Of a stretch of 62,712 nucleotides of DNA, positions 38,605 through 48,901 are shown in pieces. The notes beneath the pieces were generated by a model. That model did not search any database. It had not been told where the DNA came from and worked only from the letters and a program-made list of their open reading frames with translations. The position numbers and the translations under genes are program-made. Numbering within the stretch: the first letter of the stretch is position 1; each line of letters begins with the position of its first letter. Source of the DNA: a virus (Duplodnaviria; Caudoviricetes). The stretch is from IMG/VR virus record IMGVR_UViG_3300047477_000098, positions 1 through 62,712 of that record; one strand, 5' to 3'.

Positions 38605-39546
38605 ATGAGTAAAAAGAAACTATCCTATACATTATTTACAGAGAAGTATCGGCCGTCATCCGTAGCTGATATGCTTCTACCGGATAAGTATAAGAAGTTT
38701 TTCTTGAACCTTGTGAAAGAAGGAGAAGTGCCAAATCTCCTTCTTTTTAGTTCTACCCCAGGGTCCGGAAAAACATCTGTAGCTAAAGCCATCTGTGACG
38801 ATATTGATGCTGATTACCTCTACATTAATATTTCATCTGAATCGGGTATTGATACTTTGAGAACAGATATTGCCAGATTCGCTTCTGGTAAGAATCTCTC
38901 TGGTAAAAAGAAGATCGTTATCTGTGATGAGTTTGATGGATCTACACCAAAGCTTCAAATGGCTATGCGTGCTGCTATGGAAGAGTTCCATAATTCTTGT
39001 CGGTTTATCTTGACCTGCAATTATGTGAATAAAATTATTCCAGCTCTTCGTTCACGTTTGATGGAATATGATTTCAATATGAATACCAAAGATATTCGTG
39101 AAGAGATGCTTCCAAAGGTCCAACGTAGATTGAAGATGGTTCTTCAGAATGAGAGTGTTGAGTATAAAGAAGATATTGTGGATCAGCTCGCTGAGAATCT
39201 CTATCCAGACATTCGTAAGATGTACGGAACTCTTCAACAATACTCAAAGCAAAATGGAATTATTGACAGTAACATTTTCACCTTTGAATCTGTTGAAGAT
39301 CAATTCTATGATTTGATTCTGACAAAGAAGTTCACAATGGCAAGACAGTTCATGTTAGATTCTGGTTACTCTTTTGATGATATGTATTCTGACCTTTATC
39401 ACAATCTAATACCAAGAATAGCTGACAAGTCCAAGCAAGCACAGATTATTCTTGTCATAGCAGAATGGCAATACCGAGCATCATTTAGCACTGATCCGGA
39501 AATTCCTTTTGCTGCCATGCTTGTTGAAATTATGTCAAACCTATAA
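38605..39546 (+). CDS. gp44: Clamp loader large subunit gp44
   Basis: EKYRP, PGSGKT, DEFD, CRFILTCN, LRSR. Confidence 0.95.
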   Translation: MSKKKLSYTLFTEKYRPSSVADMLLPDKYKKFFLNLVKEGEVPNLLLFSSTPGSGKTSVAKAICDDIDADYLYINISSESGIDTLRTDIARFASGKNLSGKKKIVICDEFDGSTPKLQMAMRAAMEEFHNSCRFILTCNYVNKIIPALRSRLMEYDFNMNTKDIREEMLPKVQRRLKMVLQNESVEYKEDIVDQLAENLYPDIRKMYGTLQQYSKQNGIIDSNIFTFESVEDQFYDLILTKKFTMARQFMLDSGYSFDDMYSDLYHNLIPRIADKSKQAQIILVIAEWQYRASFSTDPEIPFAAMLVEIMSNL

Positions 39547-39554
39547 GAGGAAAT

Positions 39555-39851
39555 ATGAACAGATCAGAGTTTGAAAACTTTATGAGTAATGAGCCGACAG
39601 GCATTGTCCTGTTTTACTCAAACCATTGTAGAGTTTGTGAAACCCAAAAGCTATTATTGTCAAGAGCTATTCCTGAGAAGTATGAAACTGTTTGCTGTGA
39701 TGATGATGTGGAGTTCTACATCACCAATCACAATATTGATCAGATTCCAGTCGTTATCATTTACGAAAATGGTATTCCTGTATGGAGAAGAGATGATTTG
39801 CTTCAACCAGAAGATGTTCATTTCTTAATAGATTATGCAAAAGGTTTTTAA
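39555..39851 (+). CDS. Thioredoxin-like protein
   Basis: FYSNHCRVC, IDQIPVVIIYENG. Confidence 0.75.
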   Translation: MNRSEFENFMSNEPTGIVLFYSNHCRVCETQKLLLSRAIPEKYETVCCDDDVEFYITNHNIDQIPVVIIYENGIPVWRRDDLLQPEDVHFLIDYAKGF

Positions 39852-40116
39852 ATCTGACCTGATAAATACCAAGAAGAATGGAGTATATGTATTCCATTCT
39901 TTTCGTTGTTGGACTTGCCGAGATCACATTGAAGAACTGAAAAAACACATCGGTCATTTTTACACATTTGACTATGATACTGATGTTGACTTCTGTGAAT
40001 CCCTTGGTATACTTATGACTCCAACAACAGTTGTTTATAAAAATGATATTGAGATATGTCATTTTCAAGGTATGTTGTTTGAAACACAGATAGATAAACT
40101 TTTAGGATTTTTATGA
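39835..40116 (+). CDS. Thioredoxin-like protein (tandem paralogue)
   Basis: FHSFRCWTC, GILMTPTTVVYKN. Confidence 0.72.
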   Translation: MQKVFKSDLINTKKNGVYVFHSFRCWTCRDHIEELKKHIGHFYTFDYDTDVDFCESLGILMTPTTVVYKNDIEICHFQGMLFETQIDKLLGFL

Positions 40117-40412
40117 GCTATATACAAAATTATTTGGTAGATCCGAAAACTACCGCAAGTATTGAAATTAGGAAAGAAGATAGAAAATATTCTGTCGATG
40201 TTAAGCTAACCAACGGAATGACTTATAACATTCCTCCAGTTGGGGCAAAGAGATTGTTTTATTATGATCTGAAAGATGTTCTACAAACGATCTATAAGAG
40301 AACTGTATATGTCTTTAGATTCCTAGACAATATAGATAATAAAGAGAATGCTGTTAATCTGAAATCTTCAGAGACACATAAAATACCAGATGGAGTTCAA
40401 TTATTTCTATGA
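40113..40412 (+). CDS. Hypothetical protein
   Basis: ATGA-coupled ORF. Confidence 0.6.
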   Translation: MSYIQNYLVDPKTTASIEIRKEDRKYSVDVKLTNGMTYNIPPVGAKRLFYYDLKDVLQTIYKRTVYVFRFLDNIDNKENAVNLKSSETHKIPDGVQLFL

Positions 40413-41089
40413 TTAAGTTTGTTGTGGCAAGATATGAAGGTGATGTGTATGATACATTTCTAGGACCATGTGTCGATGGAAAGTATGAAGTAGCTCAGGT
40501 GTTTGATGGTAATGGAATATATGAGAAGTACAATGCTGGCATTTCTGCACTCTCCATTGCTAATGACGACATTGTAATCTTCTGTCATGGTGATGTGAAG
40601 ATAATTGATCCAGACTTTGAAGATAAGGTTCTATTTGTATTCGACACTCTACCTAAGCTTGGAGTTGCTGGTGTTATAGGTGCTACAGAGCTGCATGAAA
40701 CTGCTGGATGGTGGCTATCTGATAGATCATTACATCGCGGTCACGTTATGCAGTGGGTTGATGGAAATGAAAAGAATAAGTATCACATGGTTAAGACTAA
40801 GGGAAATTACAATAACATCTGTGTCGTTGATGGTCTCTGTGTCATGGTCAGAGGTGAACTTGTGAATAAGCTGAAGTTTGATACTGAAGTTTGCCCTGGA
40901 TCTTATAACTTCTACGAATACGATTACTGCTTAGACGCTAAGTGGTTAGGATATGAAGTTGGAGTATTTGACATCCTTCTTGAACATAAATCTGCTGGTG
41001 AAGGTATCCATCAAGATGATTGGAAGAACAATAAAGAACTATTCTTAACCAAATGGAAGAATAGAGGACTTAGATTTCCATTAAGATAA
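40409..41089 (+). CDS. GT2-like glycosyltransferase
   Basis: YNAG, FCHGDV, GVAGVIG, VDGL, FYEYDYC, HKSAG. Confidence 0.78.
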   Translation: MIKFVVARYEGDVYDTFLGPCVDGKYEVAQVFDGNGIYEKYNAGISALSIANDDIVIFCHGDVKIIDPDFEDKVLFVFDTLPKLGVAGVIGATELHETAGWWLSDRSLHRGHVMQWVDGNEKNKYHMVKTKGNYNNICVVDGLCVMVRGELVNKLKFDTEVCPGSYNFYEYDYCLDAKWLGYEVGVFDILLEHKSAGEGIHQDDWKNNKELFLTKWKNRGLRFPLR

Positions 41090-41123
41090 ATACCGCATAT
41101 AAATAATTACAAGTGAGGTAATT

Positions 41124-41915
41124 ATGGATATGACACAACTTTTAACACTCTTTACGGGCCAAGGACTGACAGCAGCGTTGGTTACTATTGCTGCTATAGT
41201 TCTCGTATCTATAGTATTTGGAATAATCTCATGGATAAGAAAGGAACCAATGACAGTTAAGATTGGTTTCGCTTCTTTTGTTTTCGGAAAAAAGAAAGAT
41301 ACTGTTCATAAGTCTTGCAATGAAGTAGCGCTGCACAGATTTAGAAATGTTATTGTTCAAAAGGAACGACTCATTTCTAAATATCATGCTGATATATTTG
41401 AAAGACAGATGAACTTCTGTGATGATAAAGTAGCAGTCATTCGTGATATGTTTACTGAAGAATATAGAAATCTTCTATCCAAGAAATTAGAAAAATCTGC
41501 AGATGTTAAGAACCATGATAGTTATCGTCATTACATGATGATGGTTGATCTTATGTTAGATTCCTGCATTAATGAACAGACGTTTAAGAAATCTATGAAA
41601 GCTAACCATTTATTGGATCTAAGAATAGACACATGGGAAGATTTTGTGGAAGATAAGATTCGTTTAACATTCTCCTTGATGAAACGATTCTATGACGACT
41701 ACTATCCTGAATCTTCATTAGTCTCAAGAAATGAGGTTGATGAGTCCAACGATAGATTGTTTGAAAAGATAAGACCAATCATAACAATAATGTATCGTAA
41801 GGCAAGAGAGATAACCAGCGAAACGATGGTTAAAATTAACGATATACAGAAAGAGATTGATTCAGAATGCAAATCTGGAACATTTGAAATACTTTGCGTT
41901 GAACCAGAAAGATGA
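41124..41915 (+). CDS. Late membrane protein (possible holin-like)
   Basis: Exact TATAAATA at 41098-41105; N-terminal hydrophobic helix followed by a soluble domain. Confidence 0.5.
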   Translation: MDMTQLLTLFTGQGLTAALVTIAAIVLVSIVFGIISWIRKEPMTVKIGFASFVFGKKKDTVHKSCNEVALHRFRNVIVQKERLISKYHADIFERQMNFCDDKVAVIRDMFTEEYRNLLSKKLEKSADVKNHDSYRHYMMMVDLMLDSCINEQTFKKSMKANHLLDLRIDTWEDFVEDKIRLTFSLMKRFYDDYYPESSLVSRNEVDESNDRLFEKIRPIITIMYRKAREITSETMVKINDIQKEIDSECKSGTFEILCVEPER

Positions 41916-41918
41916 GAA

Positions 41919-42371
41919 ATGAAAAAAAAGAAACCCTCCAATGAAAAGGTAGTTCTGGAAGATGAAAAGCGACCAGAAATTAATATCTTCACTCATTGGA
42001 AAAATCTAACTCAGCAGAAAGAAGGATTCAATTCTTCTGACCCTGAGATAGAATCGACATACATCCCGTTTATGATTAATAGAATGGCGTCTTCAATAAA
42101 CGCCATTCTTCCTTTAGTGGCAGAAATGGATAGATTTCCAGACATTCCTAAAGATGCACACCACAGATTTTATGAATCTCTCCTACCAAAAGCTTTTATA
42201 AAAACTACTTGGTATAAGAAACCTAAAAATACTAAAGAAGAAGCCGAGAATAAAGATTTGATTGGTGAATACTTTGAGTTTGGTAAAAGAGATATGGAAC
42301 TGGCTCTGAAGATTATGACTCCAGAAGATATTGAAAAAATTAAAAGAAAGTTCGGAGGAACTAGAAAGTGA
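41919..42371 (+). CDS. gp62: Clamp loader small subunit gp62-like
   Basis: YIPFMINR, HHRFY, WYKK, IGEYFEFG...ALKIMT. Confidence 0.78.
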   Translation: MKKKKPSNEKVVLEDEKRPEINIFTHWKNLTQQKEGFNSSDPEIESTYIPFMINRMASSINAILPLVAEMDRFPDIPKDAHHRFYESLLPKAFIKTTWYKKPKNTKEEAENKDLIGEYFEFGKRDMELALKIMTPEDIEKIKRKFGGTRK

Positions 42372-42886
42372 TATATCCAAAAGAATACTATGTTCCAGTA
42401 GTTGTTAAGAACCGAGACTACTTGATCGGTTTCTTAGATGCTATGGCAGCAATTGCACCTATACTTGATGTTGATTATACTGCATTAGACTCTATGCGTT
42501 TTACTGATGTATTACCAGATGGACAGCGCAGAAGAAATCTCACAGCACAAGAGATTATCAATTCATTAGATACGACTGATTCCAAGAACTGTGTCACTGA
42601 ACAAGTTACAACTAAGCAGATGGAAGCTGAAGAAATACCTTATCTCGAAGTCAACTGTGCTTGCGGCAACTATCTGAAGTTTAATCATCCTATGGAGCTT
42701 CCCAAAGTTACAAGAAAGTGTGAGTTGTGCGGTAACGTATTGATTGACTACACTGGTCACGACCAAGATGATTATATGTATGATGGTGACATGGCACGCA
42801 TGATGATTGGTTATGAGATTGATGAAGATGAGTACGAGGAAGATGATGATGAAATGGATGAAGATGACGACGATGATGAGGACTAA
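42368..42886 (+). CDS. Zn-ribbon protein with poly-acidic tail
   Basis: CACG...CELCG; terminal D/E run. Confidence 0.65.
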   Translation: MIYPKEYYVPVVVKNRDYLIGFLDAMAAIAPILDVDYTALDSMRFTDVLPDGQRRRNLTAQEIINSLDTTDSKNCVTEQVTTKQMEAEEIPYLEVNCACGNYLKFNHPMELPKVTRKCELCGNVLIDYTGHDQDDYMYDGDMARMMIGYEIDEDEYEEDDDEMDEDDDDDED

Positions 42887-42908
42887 ATAATTAAAAAGGA
42901 AAACGCCA

Positions 42909-45203
42909 ATGTTTAAGGATTATTACGAATCTAATCGTGCCAGGCAGTTAAGCAGACTGGATGAGACTCTTTCAATTTTAGCTGAAGCTGATGATGGTGG
43001 TTTTGCTGATAGAAAATCCATCACTCAGAAAGACTTTCATGGTAAAACACTACGTCTAACAGAAGCTGGCTTCAAAGCTTTATTTAAATATCCGCTTGAG
43101 AAGTCTGGTGATCCACTTCCTGACTTTGCTGACACATTCTCTTTGATTGATGTTAAGTCGACAGATGGAAAACAGACTTTAGAATCATATAAATCGGAAG
43201 GTGCTTATAAAAGAATTATAGCATACTCTACGGATCATGCTACCTTTAGAGAATTGCCAAATGACTTTGTGGATATTCCTAGAGATTACTTTAAGGAATT
43301 CATGAGTAAGAGCCCGGACTCGGAAATCTATCAGTTCGCTAACAAGTTTTATTGGGATAAGAATTTGACAGATGCTGAGAATAAGGAAAGAGGTGCTCTA
43401 AAGTCTGACAGCATAAATCACATCCGTGTGACCAGAGAAGATGCTATCGCAACTTTGAAGTTCGGCGCTGAGAAAGTTGGACTTAAGTACGGCATTTACA
43501 CTCTTCTTGATGAAGATACTGACATGATATATCAGATCATCTATCCTGCTGCCAGAGAAGCTGTTAAAATTGGATTCATGTTCAATGTGCATGAAGGTGC
43601 AACTTCTGGTGGAAAGCTCAAAATTAAAGGATCTACACAGGAGAATGAAACCCATACACTTCTTGGATTCTACTATGATGCTGAAGAATTGAAAAAGAAG
43701 ATTGACACTTTCCGTGAAAGAAATGCTGATGTTAAAGATGAAGATTTAGCAAGCGATGAACAGTTTCAAAAACTTATTGAACCTTACACAGACGCGCTTC
43801 ACTCATCCAAGGAGTTTAATAATAAATCAAGCTGGATCATAAAAGATCACAAAACTTGGGGTTATGAAGCTTGGTATACAACACTGGCGTATGGAATCCC
43901 TGCAACAAAGTTCCACAAGGAAATTGTTAAGTTCTCTCCAGTTAATATTGTTTGCAAGAGTATTACAGAATACAGAGATCTTGAAGAACAGTTGATGAAG
44001 TATGGAGAGAATAAGATCAAGCGTTCTACAGTTGACGCATTAGTATCATCTGTTCCTGCAGCAGAACTTCTCAAACTTATGAATCTTCCGTCAACAACAC
44101 TTCATGGAAATGCTTCAGAAGGTTATGTTACTGTCAATAAAGACGGTATGGTTGTTGCAAAGTATTATCAGCTATCTTTGAAAACAAAGGATACTGATCA
44201 ACTTGGTAGAGCACAGACGTCTCTCAGTAAGAAGTATAAGTTTGCTGCAGATGCCTCTAAGATGTTTGAATCAACTAATGAAGCTGACATCTATGATGCT
44301 ATTCTAAAGGAAGGATTGATTAGCAAACTTTCTTCAGCAGCGAAGAGTGGATTGGAAGTTCTGAAGAAACTCGGAAAAGAACAATTCCAGAAACTCCTTA
44401 GCTTGACATCCAAGTTGAAGAGCTGGTCATCTAAACTTCTTTCCGGAATAAAGACATACACTGAAGCAAATCTTAGCCGTCTTGCTACTGAATTGTTTGG
44501 ACTTCCTTTAACTGAAGCCCGTAATGAAGATATTGCTCGGGTAATCGCACAAATAATGAGTCTTGATGAAAAGGGTAAGATTGCTAAATACAAGATTGCC
44601 AATAGCAAGATTCAGAATTCTTTGGTTGCCATTAAGAAATCTTCATTCACAAAACACTGTGATTTGATGTATAACGTACCTGCACACGTTGACAAGTATG
44701 ATGAGAATCTGTTCCTAAGACAGCTATTCAATTTCGCATTCCTGGAATCCATTAAGAATCTAGTCATCAGGAATGTTGATCAGAAACACATGGAAGAATA
44801 TGTTGATGAGTTGGTAGATATGTACACAGACTCCATCTTTGGAACAACAGCTCTACCTGTCTGGAGATTGTACAGTAACAAGGGACTTGAGGATTCTAAG
44901 ACTCCTTGGGAATATCTCGGAACTAAAGCTACACAGAAAGATTACAGAACAAAAAACATTCTGAACAATATGTCAGGAAATGATATTCCATTAACAGTTA
45001 TCAAAGGTACTTCTGTGAAGGGTGGTTATCATCACTTCTATCTTTATACCTTAACTCAACTTGTAGACTCAGATGGAGCATTCGCACCTATGTATATGGA
45101 GTTCGCACACTCATATCAGAAGTCGGATTTGTCTCCAGAGTTTAGAGGAACAACCCAAGTTTCTGGTCCAATTGTAGATAAGACAGACGACAGCGCAGAG
45201 TAA
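42909..45203 (+). CDS. Large late protein, candidate virion internal protein
   Basis: TAAATA at 42884; MFKDYYES, ILAEA, ILKEG, LTEA motifs. Confidence 0.6.
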   Translation: MFKDYYESNRARQLSRLDETLSILAEADDGGFADRKSITQKDFHGKTLRLTEAGFKALFKYPLEKSGDPLPDFADTFSLIDVKSTDGKQTLESYKSEGAYKRIIAYSTDHATFRELPNDFVDIPRDYFKEFMSKSPDSEIYQFANKFYWDKNLTDAENKERGALKSDSINHIRVTREDAIATLKFGAEKVGLKYGIYTLLDEDTDMIYQIIYPAAREAVKIGFMFNVHEGATSGGKLKIKGSTQENETHTLLGFYYDAEELKKKIDTFRERNADVKDEDLASDEQFQKLIEPYTDALHSSKEFNNKSSWIIKDHKTWGYEAWYTTLAYGIPATKFHKEIVKFSPVNIVCKSITEYRDLEEQLMKYGENKIKRSTVDALVSSVPAAELLKLMNLPSTTLHGNASEGYVTVNKDGMVVAKYYQLSLKTKDTDQLGRAQTSLSKKYKFAADASKMFESTNEADIYDAILKEGLISKLSSAAKSGLEVLKKLGKEQFQKLLSLTSKLKSWSSKLLSGIKTYTEANLSRLATELFGLPLTEARNEDIARVIAQIMSLDEKGKIAKYKIANSKIQNSLVAIKKSSFTKHCDLMYNVPAHVDKYDENLFLRQLFNFAFLESIKNLVIRNVDQKHMEEYVDELVDMYTDSIFGTTALPVWRLYSNKGLEDSKTPWEYLGTKATQKDYRTKNILNNMSGNDIPLTVIKGTSVKGGYHHFYLYTLTQLVDSDGAFAPMYMEFAHSYQKSDLSPEFRGTTQVSGPIVDKTDDSAE

Positions 45204-45226
45204 TAGAATACATAATAGTGGTAGAT

Positions 45227-45259
45227 AAAGAGCTGACTAATCATCAGCTCTTCTTTTTT
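45227..45259 (+). terminator. Intrinsic terminator
   Basis: aagagctga-ctaatca-tcagctctt-ctttttt. Confidence 0.75.
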
Positions 45260-45268
45260 GGAGAAAAT

Positions 45269-45886
45269 ATGAAAGTAGTTGTGTTAATATCTGGTAAGAT
45301 GCGGTCCGGTAAGAATACTTTTGCAGATATGTTAATTGATGAGATGTCAAAATATACTGATAAGAAAGTCACATTTGATTATTTTGCAAAGCCTGTTAAG
45401 GATCAATGTAAAGATGTTTTTAGAAACCTTACAAATTATCTTAATGATGTTTCTAAAGATGTCGGTGCTAAATGCTTGTACACAGATGATGATAATTGGT
45501 ACGAAGATAAGAATGATATTACAAGGATTCTTCTTCAGACTTATGCCACAGATATCTTCAGAGATAAGGTCGATGAGTTCTATTGGGCTAAGACTATGAA
45601 GGAAAAGCTTGAGAAGTCCGAGCAAGATGTAATCCTTATCACCGATTGGAGATTCAAAAATGAAGCTCTTATCATTGAAGACAGTAAAGAATACAAGACT
45701 TTGAAGATAAGGATTGATCGGCCAGAATTATTCATTCCTTATTCCGAAATAACTCAACACCAATCTGAAGTCGATCTTGATGATTATGAGGACTTTGATA
45801 TTTCTGTATTGAACACATCCTTTGAATCTTTAAGAAACTCAACTTTACAGTTGATGCAAGTCATCAGTCTTTACGGAACTGTGTGA
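45269..45886 (+). CDS. Deoxynucleoside monophosphate kinase (gp1-like)
   Basis: ISGKMRSGK, FAKPVK, RILLQ, TDWRFKNE, HQSE. Confidence 0.85.
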   Translation: MKVVVLISGKMRSGKNTFADMLIDEMSKYTDKKVTFDYFAKPVKDQCKDVFRNLTNYLNDVSKDVGAKCLYTDDDNWYEDKNDITRILLQTYATDIFRDKVDEFYWAKTMKEKLEKSEQDVILITDWRFKNEALIIEDSKEYKTLKIRIDRPELFIPYSEITQHQSEVDLDDYEDFDISVLNTSFESLRNSTLQLMQVISLYGTV

Positions 45887-46269
45887 ACCTATTAAAGGTC
45901 GAACGGATGTATCTCATGGATGCGACTTATAGAAGGTCCATGAGACGTTCTTTTAGTATTAATGTTCCATACAATATGTTGATTGGATTGGACGTTTATG
46001 ATGAAGTTACTGAAGAACATTTGGAATATATTAAAAAGAATGTTCACGAACTGGAACAAATGCAAGTTCACACCACATTATTTGGAGATGTCGGTACAAC
46101 ATTCAAGTATAAATTGAAAAACATCAACAGATCAAATCCAAAAGATGATTTTGATTTTTATAAAAATCTAGTAAATAACGAGACAAGTATCTTAATATCC
46201 TCTCTGAGCGATGATCTTCTGATAAGAGAATGGTCTAAGATATTCATCCATCTTTTCAAACTGGAGTAA
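45883..46269 (+). CDS. Hypothetical protein with weak portal gp20-like segments
   Basis: E-x9-R-x3-RRSFSINV, DDFDFYKNL and WSKIFIHLFK recall collinear portal motifs. Confidence 0.4.
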   Translation: MNLLKVERMYLMDATYRRSMRRSFSINVPYNMLIGLDVYDEVTEEHLEYIKKNVHELEQMQVHTTLFGDVGTTFKYKLKNINRSNPKDDFDFYKNLVNNETSILISSLSDDLLIREWSKIFIHLFKLE

Positions 46270-46271
46270 TC

Positions 46272-47465
46272 ATGTCCCTCACTGCACCAATAGATATAAC
46301 AATCCTACAGACATTGAAGAAATATATACCGTCTGTGGAAGTTTATCTTGTAGGTGGTGCAGTGAGGGATTATTTTATGTCCAGGAAAAGCAAGGACAGA
46401 GATTACGTCATTATCAATGCAACCATTCATCAGATATCTGAAGCAATCTCTTCAATAGGTATTGTGAAAGAAGTCGGTAAGTCATTCGGTATTGTTAAAG
46501 CAGTTATAGACGGTGAAGAGTTTGACTTTGCAATTCCTAGAACAGAAGTTAGTACAGGAACTGGTCATCAAGATTTCTTGGTAGTAACAGGTGGTGTAAC
46601 TCTTCTTGAAGACCTTTCAAGAAGAGATTTTACAATGAATGCCATAGCATATAACATAGAAACTGAAACATTTATTGATCCGTTTGATGGAGTTGCATCT
46701 ATCAAAGGGAAATATATAAAGTTCTGCGGCACTCCTCTTAACAGATATACCGAAGATCCTTTGAGATTGCTTAGGTTAATTCAATTTGCACACCGATTTG
46801 ATATGACCATGCATCTTTCCGACAAACTTCCTTTGGGTCTATTGTCTACAGTTTCAAAGGAACGTGTGTATGAGGAATACAAGAAAATGTTCTTGAAAGG
46901 AACTCACGTTTGTAAGTCCCATCACATATTCAAAACTGTATTAGGAAGGAACATTCACAATGAACTGTTTGGTGTAAATCAATACATACCTGGTGATATT
47001 GAAGTAATTCCAGTATCAGAATTATCTGAAGATGATGTGGTGAACACTTACTTGGTCGCAATGTTCTTATACAACGGAACGTATACCAATATGTGTGTTA
47101 CAAATGATAACGCCGACCATATTGGAATGGCAAGACGTATCCACAGAATAACAAGAGGAAGAGAACAGTTTGATCCCATACACTTTAAGAACAAGGTGTT
47201 GGTGAAAAGTGTTAGAAATATCTTTAGACGGTTTGAGATGTTATCTGATGTTGCTAAGGTGGCAGCACACATCTTCAACACACCTACTACAATAAAAGAA
47301 CTTGACATAACTGGTGACGAACTTATATCACTTGGTATTGTCAATCAGCAAATTGGAATCTTAGTCCGAGAGGTATCTGTAAAAATGTATTGGGAAACTA
47401 TGGAAAATACCAACGAAGCCATTCTTGAATACATAAATGGTTCAAAGGAAGATGATGAAGTTTAG
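46272..47465 (+). CDS. CCA-adding/poly(A) polymerase class II nucleotidyltransferase
   Basis: VGGAVRD, DRD, DLSRRDFTMNA, EDPLRLLR, ERVYEE. Confidence 0.92.
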   Translation: MSLTAPIDITILQTLKKYIPSVEVYLVGGAVRDYFMSRKSKDRDYVIINATIHQISEAISSIGIVKEVGKSFGIVKAVIDGEEFDFAIPRTEVSTGTGHQDFLVVTGGVTLLEDLSRRDFTMNAIAYNIETETFIDPFDGVASIKGKYIKFCGTPLNRYTEDPLRLLRLIQFAHRFDMTMHLSDKLPLGLLSTVSKERVYEEYKKMFLKGTHVCKSHHIFKTVLGRNIHNELFGVNQYIPGDIEVIPVSELSEDDVVNTYLVAMFLYNGTYTNMCVTNDNADHIGMARRIHRITRGREQFDPIHFKNKVLVKSVRNIFRRFEMLSDVAKVAAHIFNTPTTIKELDITGDELISLGIVNQQIGILVREVSVKMYWETMENTNEAILEYINGSKEDDEV

Positions 47466-48258
47466 TGAACAGCATAGTGCTGACGAATACTTTATTTGCA
47501 ATGAGCAGTTGTCATACGCTGTAGATGGTCTTATGACGTTTACTGTGTTTGTTAAACATAAGACTACAGATGTTGTGTCAACAGCATATTATACAGAAAC
47601 TACAAACAACAAGGAACTGTTCGACAAGCGTGTTTTGGACTATTGGGCATATGTTCGTAACAGTGTTTCTGAGAGTGACAATCTTTCCGAAATTATACCT
47701 TGGGTGTTAGGAAGAATATATCCACCAGAACCAAAAGTTAATTATCTGACCCAAGAATATCACGTTCTTGAACAAGTGTTCCGAGATTTTGATTTTAAGA
47801 CTGAACACTTGTTGGGAATATATAATCATTTTAAAATGAACCTGCCGGATTCAGATATGCACAATTTGGCACAAGAACAATATGATGTCATTTTCAATGG
47901 TATGGATGATGCCGATTTGTGCCTAAAAGGAAATACTAAATGTAAATTGTATTCCGGAGTTTCAAAGGAAGAATATGCTACACATCCTAAAAGATTGTAT
48001 TGGGCGGTGCTCGATTTCTATATTCTGTGGATGAAAGAGAAAGTGGATCTGAAAAAAGCTTTTGTGGAACATTACTTGTCATTGGTATGTCATTTCAAAT
48101 ATGATGGATCACGAGAACAAGTTTTTGAATACATTAGAAATTATATCAGAGATAATGATATTGTATGGAATAAGCCATCAAAGATATATAAAGATTATAC
48201 CATTAAAACTATAGATCAATATTTCAAAGAATGTCAGCAAAATAAAATTACTGCATAA
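47452..48258 (+). CDS. Hypothetical protein
   Basis: Long ORF overlapping upstream stop. Confidence 0.65.
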   Translation: MMKFSEQHSADEYFICNEQLSYAVDGLMTFTVFVKHKTTDVVSTAYYTETTNNKELFDKRVLDYWAYVRNSVSESDNLSEIIPWVLGRIYPPEPKVNYLTQEYHVLEQVFRDFDFKTEHLLGIYNHFKMNLPDSDMHNLAQEQYDVIFNGMDDADLCLKGNTKCKLYSGVSKEEYATHPKRLYWAVLDFYILWMKEKVDLKKAFVEHYLSLVCHFKYDGSREQVFEYIRNYIRDNDIVWNKPSKIYKDYTIKTIDQYFKECQQNKITA

Positions 48259-48283
48259 ATATTTCTAAAGAGGAACTATAAAA

Positions 48284-48730
48284 ATGGATACAAGAAGTTT
48301 GGCCAATTACCTTCTTAGTGAAGGAATGGAATCTTTGGAAGAGAATGTTGTAATTGACTTTATTGCAAATGCAGGAATGGCATTGACTCTCGGAGCTATT
48401 GCTTGGAATAGACTCAAGAATGCTGATGAGAAGACTGTTGGTGAAATGATTATCGACAGAATTGCTGAGCTTAAAAAGGATAAGAACCTTGAAGGCAAGT
48501 CTCCTTTTGAGAGAGTTCAGTATAAGTTGTCAAGAGCAGTTGAGAAGTCTGGTGATTTCATGTATAATGTTTTCGAGGATCTCACCGCAAAGAAACTCAC
48601 ACCGGAAGCAGTTGCTGAAAAGGTCAATAAGAAAATTAAGTTTGACGAAGAAGAGCAGAAGTCTTTGCACGATTACTTGGTTTCCGTTTCTAAGAAATTG
48701 AACAACATGAAACGGTTGACAAATTATTGA
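48284..48730 (+). CDS. Late protein, candidate internal head protein
   Basis: TAAATA at 48256; NYLLSE/SLEE motifs. Confidence 0.55.
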   Translation: MDTRSLANYLLSEGMESLEENVVIDFIANAGMALTLGAIAWNRLKNADEKTVGEMIIDRIAELKKDKNLEGKSPFERVQYKLSRAVEKSGDFMYNVFEDLTAKKLTPEAVAEKVNKKIKFDEEEQKSLHDYLVSVSKKLNNMKRLTNY

Positions 48731-48780
48731 GCTGACAAAAAGAAAATAGATTTTCTCAAAAAGTAAATTCAAATAATATA

Positions 48781-48810
48781 AGAGTAGCTCCAACGAGTTA
48801 CTCTTTTTTT
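48781..48810 (+). terminator. Intrinsic terminator
   Basis: agagtagctc-caac-gagttactct-tttttt. Confidence 0.78.
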
Positions 48811-48901
48811 GTGTCTCAAAGCAAAAAGCCACAAACAAAGAAAGAGATATTGAAAAATCATTTTTCAAATATATCAAATAGCATACTAACGAAAGCACAA
48901 T

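Noticed and set aside
40170-40230. EDRKYSVDVKLTNG as another DR-module copy
   Set aside because: Match is short, far from the array and not attached to any recognisable structural-protein fragment
42820-42886. gat/gaa-rich repeat as a DNA repeat element
   Set aside because: It simply encodes the poly-Asp/Glu tail; the same applies to the GDGDG linker near 52235-52285
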